Assembly (NCBI RefSeq): GCF_006345805.1
Contig: NC_043001.1
Coordinates: 68,882,001-68,946,000 of the forward strand
DNA length: 64,000 nucleotides
From: Octopus sinensis
Lineage: Eukaryota
Reading direction: 5' to 3'
How positions within the stretch are numbered: the stretch's first letter is position 1; each line of letters opens with the position of its first letter. The notes beneath the pieces are model-generated. The model worked only from the letters and a program-made list of their open reading frames with translations, searched no databases and was not told where the DNA came from. This document shows, one piece after another, positions 12,471 to 24,120 of the stretch. A program made the translations under genes and the position numbers.

Positions 12471-13884
12471 TATTTATATATATATGTGTGTGTGTATGAG
12501 TGTGCGTGTTCATGTATCAGTGTTTTTCTACGTATATTATATGTTTTTGTGAGTGTATGTTAGTGTATATCACATCTTGTGTAAATAGGCAGCATTAACA
12601 TTTCGTGTTCAACTGTTTAGTGTGAGTGAAAGATCACTTATGAAAAACTTTTCTAATAATTTATCAAATATTAATGTTTGTAGTAAATTTTTTACTTATG
12701 TCCACATGACATAACATAGGAATCCTTTGAAAAGCGCCGAGCACTATATTGTCAATAATCATTTCCTATATATTTTACTTGTGAATATTGACTTGCCGAT
12801 AAATCACATCAGCACTCAGCAATGCTATTAAATCTATCGTTTTTGCAACTGTTCTATGGAATTCATCTTGACAAACTCATAAATTCTTACTGTTCAAAAG
12901 AGGCAAATTGAAACCATTCTTGATTTAGGAGAATCGAGGAAATTACTTTACCTGTTTTGGATTGTTTAAGTCTCAGTAAATACTTCTGATATCATTAAGG
13001 CTGGCTATGATTAACAATGAAACTGGGCGAGGAGATATTACGATGTCTGCTATACTCGTGACACTATCGCAGGCCAAGTGGTAAATACGATTAATAGAGA
13101 AAGTTATGAAGTATTTTGCTGCCATTTAAGTTGACAAATGGGAAGCCAACATTAAAATTATAGAATTGATTTATTGTATAGTTAGAAGTCTAGAAATACT
13201 TAGTAGAATAATCTATGCAAAGTGATGAACGTAGTAAATGACTGGTATTACCTTTATTAACACTGAAGGGTTGGCAATAAATTCAATGCAACCACTGTAT
13301 GAACTGTGGAAGTTGAGCGATGAAATATAATATTAAATGTGAAATAATCGTTGCAACCGAGAACCGTTACTGTTTCTATTACTGGATTATAATAACAACG
13401 ATATTTGAAGTAATTGTTGTTTATATTATTCAGATAGAGAATAATTCTCATAATTTAATCTATGTTGTGAAAATCGGAGAGATTCTGTAGAAACCATATT
13501 ATTTTGTTTTAAATAATACCCCTGTTGTCCATCAACCAATTAGAAGTTTCCATTCTGACGACTTATATTTGTAACTTTAAGTACTTTGAGCCAAGTCTAG
13601 TTCAGTAATTCTTGTTGAGTGATTTGTTTTGCGAAATACTTTCTTATTCACTTTCATTCCTTCATTATTAAATTCCATCTAATTTCAGCAGCGCGCACCT
13701 GCTATATTATACTCACGCATTTCGCAATTTGACCACTTCAGATAATTCATATAACTTTGATGTCATTTTCGTAATTTTACTGTGCATATAGTGATGAGAC
13801 TTGTCACAGGAAACATTGCAAACTTTCCGAATAGATAAATACAGTAATTGTATCAAATAAAGGATTCCAAGTCTTATATGCTGC

Positions 13885-13929
13885 TTATCTACCATACTCT
13901 ACAATCCAATAATCCACATGATCCAGTAC
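13885..13929 (-). CDS. Candidate host exon (VLDHVDYWIVEYGR*), product unknown
   Basis: Acceptor GTGTTTCACAG|G at 13930; in phase with the candidate exon ending at 14083 across a 153-bp GT-AG intron. Confidence 0.25.
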   Translation of the reverse strand, partial: VLDHVDYWIVEYGR

Positions 13930-14082
13930 CTGTGAAACACTTATATAATATCTTTACCTATACAAGGCAACCATACAAGTCACGACTGAGAAATAGATTG
14001 TTTTACACACAATGAATGCATTCAGTATTTGCTTCAATTAAGCTGCTTATATGCGGTCATTTGACAAGCTAGAAATACTTAC

Positions 14083-14175
14083 CAAATCTACTTCAAATTG
14101 TTCAATATCATTTATAAAGACTGAAGTGCGTTTCAGAGTATATTCTCTTAGATCGATATGTAAGGAGAATGACAT
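14083..14175 (-). CDS. Candidate host exon (MSFSLHIDLREYTLKRTSVFINDIEQFEVDL), product unknown
   Basis: Open frame ending at a strong donor G|GTAAGTA (14082); 5' boundary uncertain. Confidence 0.25.
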
Positions 14176-14664
14176 GGATACGGTTAAATGACTTCGATAA
14201 ATATATTCGGTGGATCATGGCTGATCTGAGTTTAAACAATAGCAACAATCAATTCGCATTCATTTGTAGTTGCAACCAAGATTTAGTTGCTGCAAAAATC
14301 AGCCCACGTGAATCTAAGAGCAGATGACGAAGAGAGAGAGAGAGAGAGCTTCATTCTGCTTGTAAAATGCAAATAATTTAAAAACCCAAATGAAACTTTT
14401 TTTAGAAAGGTTGAATGAAAGATATGTCAAGGATTTTATTTGAAAAAAAAAAAAAAAAAAACACTAAGAATAATTTTATATCTCTTTTAAGATATAACGT
14501 ATACACTTTGAAATACTCCAATAAGTAGTTCAAATGTATTTTCAATCCTTAGTGGATAATTTAAAAGTATGTTTGATAAACCTTCATATCTGTTTGTTAA
14601 ATGTATATTAGTTCTAAAATATTTCAAGGAAATTTATTGCTTAAAATGAGAGGTTAATATATCT

Positions 14665-15036
14665 GCTAGCTCGCAGAATCGTTACCACGCCTGAAAAACT
14701 ACTTAGCGGCATTTTGTCAAATTCTGCCGAGATCGGCGTTGCCATTCATTCTTGCGGGGTCGATAAAATAAGTACCACTTGAGCGCTGGGGTTGATTTAA
14801 TCGACTTATGTATCCACTGAGACTGCTGGCTTTGTGCCAAAATTTGAAAGAAGCCTATGTGCTAGTCAAAACAGCGAGCTAGCAGAATTGTTTCGTCTGT
14901 CTTTAAGTCCTGAGTTCAAATGCTTCTGAGGTCGACGTTCAGAGTGGATAAAAGTAGTCATTTGAGCGCTCGGGTCGATGTAATCGGCTTAACCCGTTTT
15001 CCGAAATTGCTTGCCTTGTTTCAAAATTTGAAACCA
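14665..15036 (+). mobile_element. Two tandem S1 SINE copies
   Basis: GCTAGC.CGCAGAATCGTT...CTTAGCGGC...TCGATAAAATAAGTACCA...TGTGCCAAAATTTGAAA occurs twice. Confidence 0.75.
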
Positions 15037-16009
15037 GAAAATTTAGTCATTTGTAAAAATTGTGTGAATTTATTACGACCTCTTGAAAATTCAAAATGCA
15101 AAGATTCAGAAAATATAATTGGCAGAGTTTGTCTGATTCCATAGAAAATAATACAGTATTATGTGACATTTAAACCTACTACCTTCATCTTCTTACCCAA
15201 CTTTGTAATTTTCTCCAAATTATAGAATCCTCTATTGCAATTTTGCTTTTTAAGTGTTATAATGTAAACCACAGTTAGAAACGTCGCACAGCGGATTGGT
15301 AGAGCCGTAAGAGAATCGGATAGAATGTATCACAGTATTTATCCAGTCATTCTACGAGCCTATTTCAAATTCAACTCAGGTCATCTTTGCATTTCATACC
15401 TTTGAGAGTTATAAAAATGCCAACTGTGGGTTGGTGCAAGTGAGTATACAAATATGCCTTATGTTATCGCTACTGTCTCCTTGCGTTCTAGATAACAATA
15501 TCTGAAAAGACTCTGGTGTCAAATTTTATCGGCCCAGGGCAGTGGCTTCTTCTGGTATGCGTGAAGAATTGTAAATGTTCTTTACAATATCGTGACCAGC
15601 TCTGAACGTACACATGTAGATTAGTGGTTACCTTTAACTGATGGAGGCCCAATATAGTTTAACACATATACAAAAAAATTACCATCTGGGAATTATACCA
15701 TCTGAGGCTGTTATGGTATTGATATAATTAGCAAACGCTGATCTCGGATTTTCTATGAAGAGGAAGATGAAATGATCGCATAAGTAAACAAATATGATAT
15801 AAGAAGAATTGATAATGTTGCTGTGCAATCTACTGATTAGGTCAAATTTGTAAGTGTTGTTCTTATTGCATCTAAACTATGTTGTAATATGTTTTCATAT
15901 TACATATATAAATAATACAGATAGATAGTATGTAAAGAGATGGATAACATGTAAAGAGACACATAGGTAGAGAGATAAGTATATGCGTATATATATGTGT
16001 GTGTGTGTG

Positions 16010-16184
<175 letters not shown>

Positions 16185-16424
16185 TGTACAATAATTTCAT
16201 GAATCAATATATATATTTATATATAAATACGAAGCTGATGTATTTCATCTCCAAAACATAAGAGATAATCAATTGAAAGCGAAATTAGCGGCTGTAGAGT
16301 ACCGCTCTTTCAACACTAACCAGTGTCTTCATGTAATTTGGTAATGGCTCTCTTTTAACGGTTCTTATTATATAAGTCAGTAATGAGTTGATATATCAAT
16401 ATTATATAAAAGGAATTATCACAT

Positions 16425-16575
16425 CAGGTATAATGCTTAGCGGCATTTCATCCGTATTTACATTCTGAGTTCAAATTCTGCCGAGGTCTTTACTTTTTAT
16501 CCTTTCAGCTTCGATAAAATAAGGCTCAGTTGAACATTGAGTACTAGGTGGCCTTGTGCCAAAATTTGGAACCAG
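16425..16575 (+). mobile_element. S1 SINE copy
   Basis: ATGCTTAGCGGCATTTC...GAGTTCAAATTCTGCCGAGGTC...GTGCCAAAATTTG. Confidence 0.75.
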
Positions 16576-16978
16576 TATCATCTACAAGGGAATATAACGA
16601 ACTAATCTTTAATAGGTGGACAATATTCTGAGTAGACACTTGGTTAAAAATCATTGTCAAAAGAGTATCCAAATTCATTGCAGTAATTACTAATATATGC
16701 AGATAAAAGTAATTCAGATAAAAGTAATTACTAATATATGCAAATAAAAGTAACAAAACTGCGGTAAAAGTAACTCATTCCTCTATAGGCACAAAGCTTG
16801 ATTTTATTTTTCTCAAGCACGATGCTCAGTGATATTTATTTAGCCGACTCACCTAAATGTTGAAAGTCAAGATGGACCTAGGTGGAATTTGAACACTGAA
16901 CGTAAAGCAAGAAGAAATTCTATTTAGTGTTTTATTCGGCGTGTGCAAGTCTTTACTATTGTCAGTGAATTTTTTTTT

Positions 16979-17871
16979 ATCTTTTCCCTTTGAACGGCAG
17001 ATCGAGAAATTTATTTTTTGTAACTAAACATTTTCAAACTTCGGACACTGTTAGAATGTGTCATATAAAACATCTTTTACTCTTAGTATTGTTGTAATTT
17101 CAACCAATCAATGACGTGTATTCAGCTGAATAAAATTACTGCTGTTGTTTGTCAACAACAACTATCGGCGGTGTATATTTCGTTTGTCACTGTTATTTAT
17201 GACATCGTTCGTGCGTTTGTACTGGTTTTAGCTTTAGTATTTTAGGGTTGGGTTTTAGGGTTAGGGTTTTATGGTTAGGGTTTAGGGTTAAGGTTAGAGT
17301 TAGGGTTTATGGTTAAGGTTAGGGTTAAAGTTTTAGGGTTAGGGTTTTAGGGTTAGGGTTAAGGTTGAGGCTTTAGGGTTAGGGTTGGGATTTTAGGGAT
17401 AGAGTTACGGAAGAAGTGAAAAATGAAGAAATTGGAGGAGGAGCAAAAAAGTATTTCCGAAAATAGTAGCTGAAAAACAAGAAAAAAAACCCCAACTAAA
17501 AGCAGTAGAAATGCAAGAACGATTATGGTGGTGCCATGAAGTAAAAATGCTTCAGATGCACTCGTTTATTTATACAAACGTAACTGAGATGAAATATAAC
17601 ATAAATAATTGTAACAAACAAAATATACACTACTGGAAGTTGTTGACAAACAACAGCAGTAATTTTATTCAGCTGAATACACGTCATTGATTGGTTGAAA
17701 TTACTGAAATACTACAACTTTAACACGAAATAACTTTGAAAATAGAAACTTTTCTCAACACCGCTAAGAGTAATATATATTTTATATGAAACATTCTAAC
17801 AGTGTCCGAAGTTTGAAAGTGTTTAGTTACAAAAAATAAATTTCTCGATCTGCGGTTCAAAGGGAAAAGAT
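16979..17871. mobile_element. MITE-like element with long terminal inverted repeats and a degenerate (TTAGGG)n core
   Basis: ATCTTTTCCCTTTGAAC.GCAGATCGAGAAATTT... inverted at 17871; inner arm 17098-17160 inverted at 17640-17702; TTAGGG-like array at 17241-17400. Confidence 0.85.
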
Positions 17872-17956
17872 CCTTTATTTGAATTACAGCAATGCAACTT
17901 TGCAACAAAATTGCAAACAAGCTGTATCTAAATAGGGAGAAAAAGTCGGATAATCA

Positions 17957-17994
<38 letters not shown>

Positions 17995-18723
17995 TGTGAG
18001 TGCTATAAGCAAATATATGAAAAGTAAACACGTGCACAGAAACAGGAATAGAATTCAACACGCACTCATGCATACAAATACGCACGTTGTCTTAGTTCGT
18101 TTGTCTATTTACAATTACATTAATTTTGCTCATATTAACACGTTGTGTGCTGGGGTGAGAACAACTTATTCTATTGTAGTTTTGGCTTGCTCCCCTTAGT
18201 TCACAATGGAAATGATTGTACTACACACACACACACACAGACACACACACACGCACACACACAAACACAGGTACACACACACAATTGCAATTCTGTACAT
18301 ATGCATATATATATGGTTTTATATATGTCTGATTATGAAGTAAGGTTTTTGTGTTCGCTCAGTCCCTGGTAATTTTATGAATACTGCAAACAACCCAACA
18401 CACCACCCTCACTGCCCCTATCGTTCCTCTGCCATTTCTATTTATACTGCACATCTCCACATTTACCGAATACTCCGCTGATGCAGTATATAAACGTCTT
18501 TTGAAGCTATTTTTAAATCAATAATATATAAAACGTACATTTGGTAAAGAAAAATAAATGAAGATGTTTAAATGTCAGAGTTGCCTGTGACGAATATGAC
18601 AGGGCAGCAGGATTGTTGAACTGTGTTCTGTGTTCTGAGAATAATATTGTCTGCCGCACTCTTTTATAGAAGTGTAACTGAAACAGAGAGAGAGAGAGAG
18701 ACACACACATGTACACACTCACA

Positions 18724-18766
<43 letters not shown>

Positions 18767-18767
18767 C

Positions 18768-19068
18768 ACAATTGCAGCGTGGAAGGGGTTTATAAGCCAT
18801 TTAAAAAACACACAAAATCCGTTAGATTCACTTTAACATTTTTGTTGAGTGATTTGTTTGCGAAATACTCTCTTATTCGCTTTCATTCCTTCATTACTAA
18901 ATTCCATCTAATTTTCAGCGTGCTGTACGGCATTTTCTCAGTGAATAGGTCGCCGTCTCAAGGCGACGAAAATATTTTGACTCAAGTTAAATTTAAATGT
19001 TGAAGTGAATCTAATGGGTTTTTTGTGTTTCTTAAATGGCTTATAAACACCTTCCATGCTGTAATTGT
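18768..19068. mobile_element. Inverted-repeat-bracketed element containing a hammerhead-like motif (probable PLE terminal-repeat derivative)
   Basis: Arms at 18768-18841 and 18995-19068; hairpin GTCGCC/GGCGAC followed by GAAAATATTTT at 18949-18978; related pieces at 13610-13690 and 36535-36690. Confidence 0.65.
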
Positions 19069-19124
19069 TTTCGTTCCAGCACACGATCTCAGATCAGGTC
19101 ACTTGCTATGCAAGTACATCTCCG

Positions 19125-19197
<73 letters not shown>

Positions 19198-19208
19198 TGT
19201 ATGTACAT

Positions 19209-19900
19209 ATCGGGTAGGGTGAATAGATTGTCATTTAAAATAATAAAAATAAAAATAACACTGACATCTCATTTTAACAGCTATATTTACCAAATATACT
19301 TTTAAGATATCTTGAGATACTATTCAGTTAAATTATTCAACAAAATCACCATCGGTTTCAACCACAGCCTCCAGAAGACTTCGGAGTCTCCTGCAGCTCT
19401 TCTGGATGGTCTCCTTGTTTAAGTTGGTGAATGCTGCCATAACCTTTGCCTTCAATTTAATCTTTGTTGTTACAAGGAGTTTTGTTGGTCTCTCGCTCAA
19501 TTGCGCCCCACACATAATAATCAATGGGGTTGCACACTGGGGAGTTAGTTGGCCAGATGTTAGAGGTAATGTGGTCGCAGGAATTTTCTGACAGCCATGA
19601 CTGGGTCCTCCTGCTTGTTTGACATGGTGCAGAGTACTGTTGTCGGATATAGTGTCTTCCAGCAGCCAGCCTTTTCATCCAGGCAGCACTACCTCCTCCA
19701 GGCACTTATTGTAGACCTCTGTGTTGAGTGTGAAGCCGCGTTGGAAGGTGAATGGAGACGTAACGTTACCATCACTAGTGATCACTCTAAACACCATAAT
19801 ATTGGCTGGATGTTTGGTTTTTATCACTCTCAGTATATGGCCACTGTCTGTCACTCTCAGTCCGGTCACTTCGTAATTTTTTTTGTACACGTTTCTTGAC
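19209..19900 (-). mobile_element. maT (DD37D) transposase fragment
   Basis: ORFs 19675-19890 (KHPANIMVFRVITSDG) and 19457-19705 (QQYSAP...WPTNSPVCNPIDYYVWG); 37 residues between the second and third catalytic positions. Confidence 0.85.
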
Positions 19901-19917
19901 GTCTTGTGCCCACATAA

Positions 19918-19968
<51 letters not shown>

Positions 19969-20100
19969 CGTGTAGATGTAAGCATGTAAGTATACTTATG
20001 TATATATGCATATATATTATCTATATTATTATCATTAATATATACATATATATATATTATTCAGTTTTATTTGAAGAGTTCTTGTCAATGCAGAGAAAAA

Positions 20101-20138
20101 ATCGGTTTCTAACCTAGATCCAAGGCTCCTTCATTAGA
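20101..20138 (-). ncRNA. Degenerate hammerhead-like motif
   Basis: CTAATGAA-GG-AGCCT..AGGTT-AGAAACCGAT; core G5 is changed. Confidence 0.4.
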
Positions 20139-21790
20139 ATTTTAACATCAAGAAGATATTTTTGTATGTATGTATATTTGCTGTATTTGGCGTCACTTAA
20201 ATGATAAGCTTCTGAAGAGTTTTTGCAAATTTCTTCATGTCCAGGGATGGTCTATAGTCTTCGCATCAGGTGTCTCCTTTCTGGTGCTGACAAGCCTAAA
20301 TTCTTAAGTTTGACACTTAGGCATGTGTTACATATTTCAGTGCCACAATAATTACAGGTATAAACCTGAAATTGTAATCGTGGTAGGTAGGTTTATATTT
20401 TATTGAGGTTTTCATATGGACACTCCACCAGACCTTCTTTGTATGTATGTATGTATGTATGTATGTATGTATGTATGTATGTATGTATGTATGTATGTAT
20501 GTATGTATGTATGTATGTATGTATGCATTATATGTGTATATATTATGTATGTGTATGCATGAGCACATGAGCGCCTTCATTGGCTATGAACGTTGTCGTT
20601 TGTTACAAAGTCATAAACTGCAGTAAGAACTTCACTAGTCTCCTATATAAAGACATCTGATGATGGGAGGTTACAACAAGAGATTAACTGTAATCTGCCT
20701 ATATCATGCGACTTTGGTCGTTTTCAGATTGGTCGGGACATCAAGTGGTTAATAACATTTGTGCGTTATTAATACTATTTTTCTCTTTACCTATTCCAAT
20801 GTATTAAATTGAAAGCAACTCTCCAGTCGAAAAGTAATTAGAAAAAGAATCAAACGTAATAATAATTTTAAACAAAATAATGATAAAAAAATAATAAATG
20901 TTAATAAAAAATTACATTGTTACGGCTTCGAAATTTCTGTCCAACTTTATACATACAATGTTTCCAATAAATCTCACTGATCACTTTAAAACGACATTAC
21001 ATCTCATCAGTGAACTCGATGTAGTATATATTTTTGCAAGGATTCAGTTGATTGACTGCCTTTAATATCTTTGAGGAACAGAATTTGTAAACGGGAAATT
21101 GTCACTAGTCTGCCGTGAATACTGTCTATTGTTGCAGAGCAATACACTTGCATTTTTAAACGCTTTTAGTCCGTCGGGTTAAATTTTTCCAATTGTAGCT
21201 ACCGAAGATTTATTCTGCATATTGATGTTGAAATCATAAAGCTCCTTTTCATGCTTTCGTTTTAAATTCAGATAGAGGATATCGAATAATAACGTGGAAT
21301 CTACAGTGATTCTAGTAAGTATTTACGTAAATCTTTATGAAGCGATTTATACAACCATTATGACAAAGATTTGTCCATATTTCAATGAAATAGTTTATGC
21401 CCTTAGGGTAGAGGAAATCTGCGCACGTATTTGTAAAGTCTTTTATGCAGTAGTGGTAAAAATGACATTGATTAGTTTTATAAAAATGGTTTATACTATG
21501 GTAATAGTTAATTTCTATGCTCATATTTTATAAAGTAGGAGAAAAGAGCACAGTTTTGACAAAGCTATGGCATCAGTAACCAGTTTCAAGGAAAACTCAG
21601 CAGTATGAACAATGATAACAATGGTTTTAGTTGGAGCTTTGTGTATATGTATGTATGCATGTATGTATGCATGTATGTATGTATGTATTTATGTATGTAT
21701 CTATATATTATGTATGCATGTATGTATGTGTATGTATGTATGTTTGTAAACATATGTGTGAGTTTGTGTATGCACATAAACATTAACAAA

Positions 21791-22760
21791 TACAGGGTGA
21801 GAGAGATATTTAACGACTTGTTTGGTAATTTAATTCACATCTGTAGTAAAGAAATTTGTAAACACGTTTTCGATAAGCTTTTTTATTAGATTATTCTATG
21901 AATGTGCCTTCAACTTCGGTGCCTGCTTCAATGCTGGACGGGAATCATCGGCATGTCTGCAAAAAAGAGTCCTTATACATTTCAGACATGGCCTGGAGAA
22001 TGGTAGCCACGCGTAAGCTATGGTATTGTGATGATGTCGTATATTTTTCCTTTGAACAAAGCTTTCAAAGTAGTAGTCAAAAGGATTTAAATCCAGGAAG
22101 TGTGGAGGTCACATGTTTGTTGTTACTACGATAGTAAAAATTCTCTGAAATACATTCTTGGTCTTGGTGGAATTCTAAGAAGGTGCTGTGTCTTGTTGAA
22201 ACACGTATGGCCTTTCACTGCATACTTCATTGAAACAGGCTTTAACAATTATCTCTATTACCTCAACGTATTCAGACACATTAATTCTAGAATCTTGTCG
22301 AAATATGTGAGGTGGCATGACATGGTCGTCGTTAGTCACCCTTCTTAAAACAATCACAACAGCTGAAACTTTGAACGAGTTCATCTCAATGATATTTACA
22401 AAGCCATATTTCTTCCCTTCTGTCAAATATTTGGTTTTGGTCGAAGAAATTTTAACCTTGTTAAGCAGCCAGTTCAAACAGTACTCTTGTGCTTTGGCAG
22501 ACATGAATTAGCGTCTCCTCAGTACATATGGCTTGTCTCAAATATCGACCTGCACCCGAAGTTCTTTGGCGATTGCCTTCACTGTTTTTTGTGGGGATCA
22601 TCATCGGTAGTGTTTTTAGTCCGTGTGATAAATCATGGTGATCTATGTTATCCGGTTTGAAAGTTTAGAGTGTTTTTTTTTGTCTCGTTTTGGTACAGAT
22701 GACATCCCAACCAGAGGTTCCCAATTCCATCCGAAATGTGTGCATGACAGATCTTATAAC
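21791..22760 (-). mobile_element. maT (DD37D-type) transposon remnant
   Basis: TA-CAGGGTG terminus at 21791; ORF 22175-22504 HVMPPHIF...PYVFQQDTAPS; DLNPFDYY near 22070-22095. Confidence 0.85.
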
Positions 22761-22904
22761 AGTTAGAAAGTTGATAATTTCTGAATCGCTTTGTTCCGCA
22801 TCATAATTGTATCTCACTTCCTATTTACTGTAAGCATTTTGTCTGGTGGGGTTAATCTCCAAAATGAAAAACCCTTCAATTGCTTTGAAGAAAACAATAC
22901 ATTA

Positions 22905-23145
22905 ATAGAATGGTTGTATACTGTCAATCTAACAAGAACGTGAGAGTAGGGGGTACACCACCGTTGTATAGCCCTAGGAGGCATCGAACGCCTCCTGACA
23001 GCTTCGACACATTTTTCCCTACGGACACAGGGAAAAAATGTGTCGAAGCTGTCAGGAGGCGTTCGATGCCTCCTAGGGCTATACAACGGTGGTGTACCCC
23101 CTACTGTCACGTTCTTGTTAGATTGACAGTATACAACCATTCTAT
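22905..23145. mobile_element. Near-perfect 241-bp palindromic (foldback/MITE-like) element
   Basis: Arms of about 116 bp differ by one substitution and one 1-nt indel; loop of about 8 nt. Confidence 0.9.
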
Positions 23146-23319
23146 CGTCCCACCACCGTACAGGTCTCTACGAGAGATTTAGAAATTCAATATTTCTTAT
23201 AATACATTAATAATTAAGCATTTTCAAATACTCCTCGAATTATGTATGAATATATATATGTCTCTTCTACGTTTTAATTATTATAAATCTTCTAGAAGAT
23301 TGACAATAAATCAAATAAC

Positions 23320-23520
23320 TAATGAGAAAATTCTGCACAATGAACTTGGCATGACAAAGGTTTCTACTAGGTGGGTGCCACGACTTCTGGCAACTGGTCA
23401 CAAGGGCACCAGGCTGGTCGTATCATGGGAGAATCTGATATTGTTTCAGGCAGATATAGCTCGTTTCCTTAAGCGCATCCTAACCCAGGATGAGTGTTGG
23501 CCAGAATTTGAGCCAGAGGC
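23320..23520 (+). mobile_element. mariner transposase fragment
   Basis: ILHNELGMTKVSTRWVPRLL...FLKRILTQDECW in ORF 23246-23560. Confidence 0.85.
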
Positions 23521-23577
23521 ACGGGGACAAATTAGTTCTAGGTCTTTTCATCTGCAGTGAAGAAGATGACCTCAGTA

Positions 23578-24036
23578 TGTCATATAGCCATTTAGAGGCG
23601 ATGGCTTCTTGGGGCTAATCAACGGCAGCTTTCGTCCTATATTTATGGACTGCCATAAATAGCTTGGAGATAACTCGTAATATCCAGTACCGCTGCCGTA
23701 ATCTCCTTTAAAGAGACTTAGAAATAATAATATTTCTATTTTTGAAAACCAGTGGATATATTCCATTGAAACTAGGTAAGTAATCCTTCGAACAGACGGT
23801 CAGCAGCGATGCCTGCTGGGTTCGGCTACTCTGCATTGATAAAGGACAAAAACCATGAAACATGTCTACTGATGCCTGACCAGGAAGGGGAAGCGGCTGA
23901 CCTCCCCTCTTCGAAGGTTATTATGGACTCAGGTTTGTGTGTCATATAGCTAGCTAGAGAAGATGGCCTCTTGGAGCTAATCAACGGCAGCTTTCGTCCT
24001 ATATTTATGGACTGCCATATTAGCTTGACGATAACT
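23578..24036 (+). repeat. Pair of ~97-bp direct repeats (23578-23675, 23940-24036)
   Basis: Shared TGTCATATAGC...GCTAATCAACGGCAGCTTTCGTCCTATATTTATGGACTGCCATA...GATAACT. Confidence 0.85.
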
Positions 24037-24061
24037 GTTAATAAAAATAATAATAATAATA

Positions 24062-24114
<53 letters not shown>

Positions 24115-24120
24115 TAATAA

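Noticed and set aside
15492-15554. Plus-strand 63-nt open segment between a plausible acceptor and donor (ITISEKTLVSNFIGPGQWLLL)
   Set aside because: Peptide not recognised, lies next to SINE debris and has no supporting neighbours
18513-18677. Strong-looking minus-strand acceptor (CT)nGTTTCAG at 18678
   Set aside because: The pyrimidine tract is a microsatellite; no good in-frame donor or recognisable peptide follows
21272-21314. Plus-strand 43-nt segment with a strong acceptor and GTAAGT donor; one frame reads RGYRIITWNLQ, like an EEP-domain start
   Set aside because: All three frames contain a stop before the donor; could be non-coding or chance
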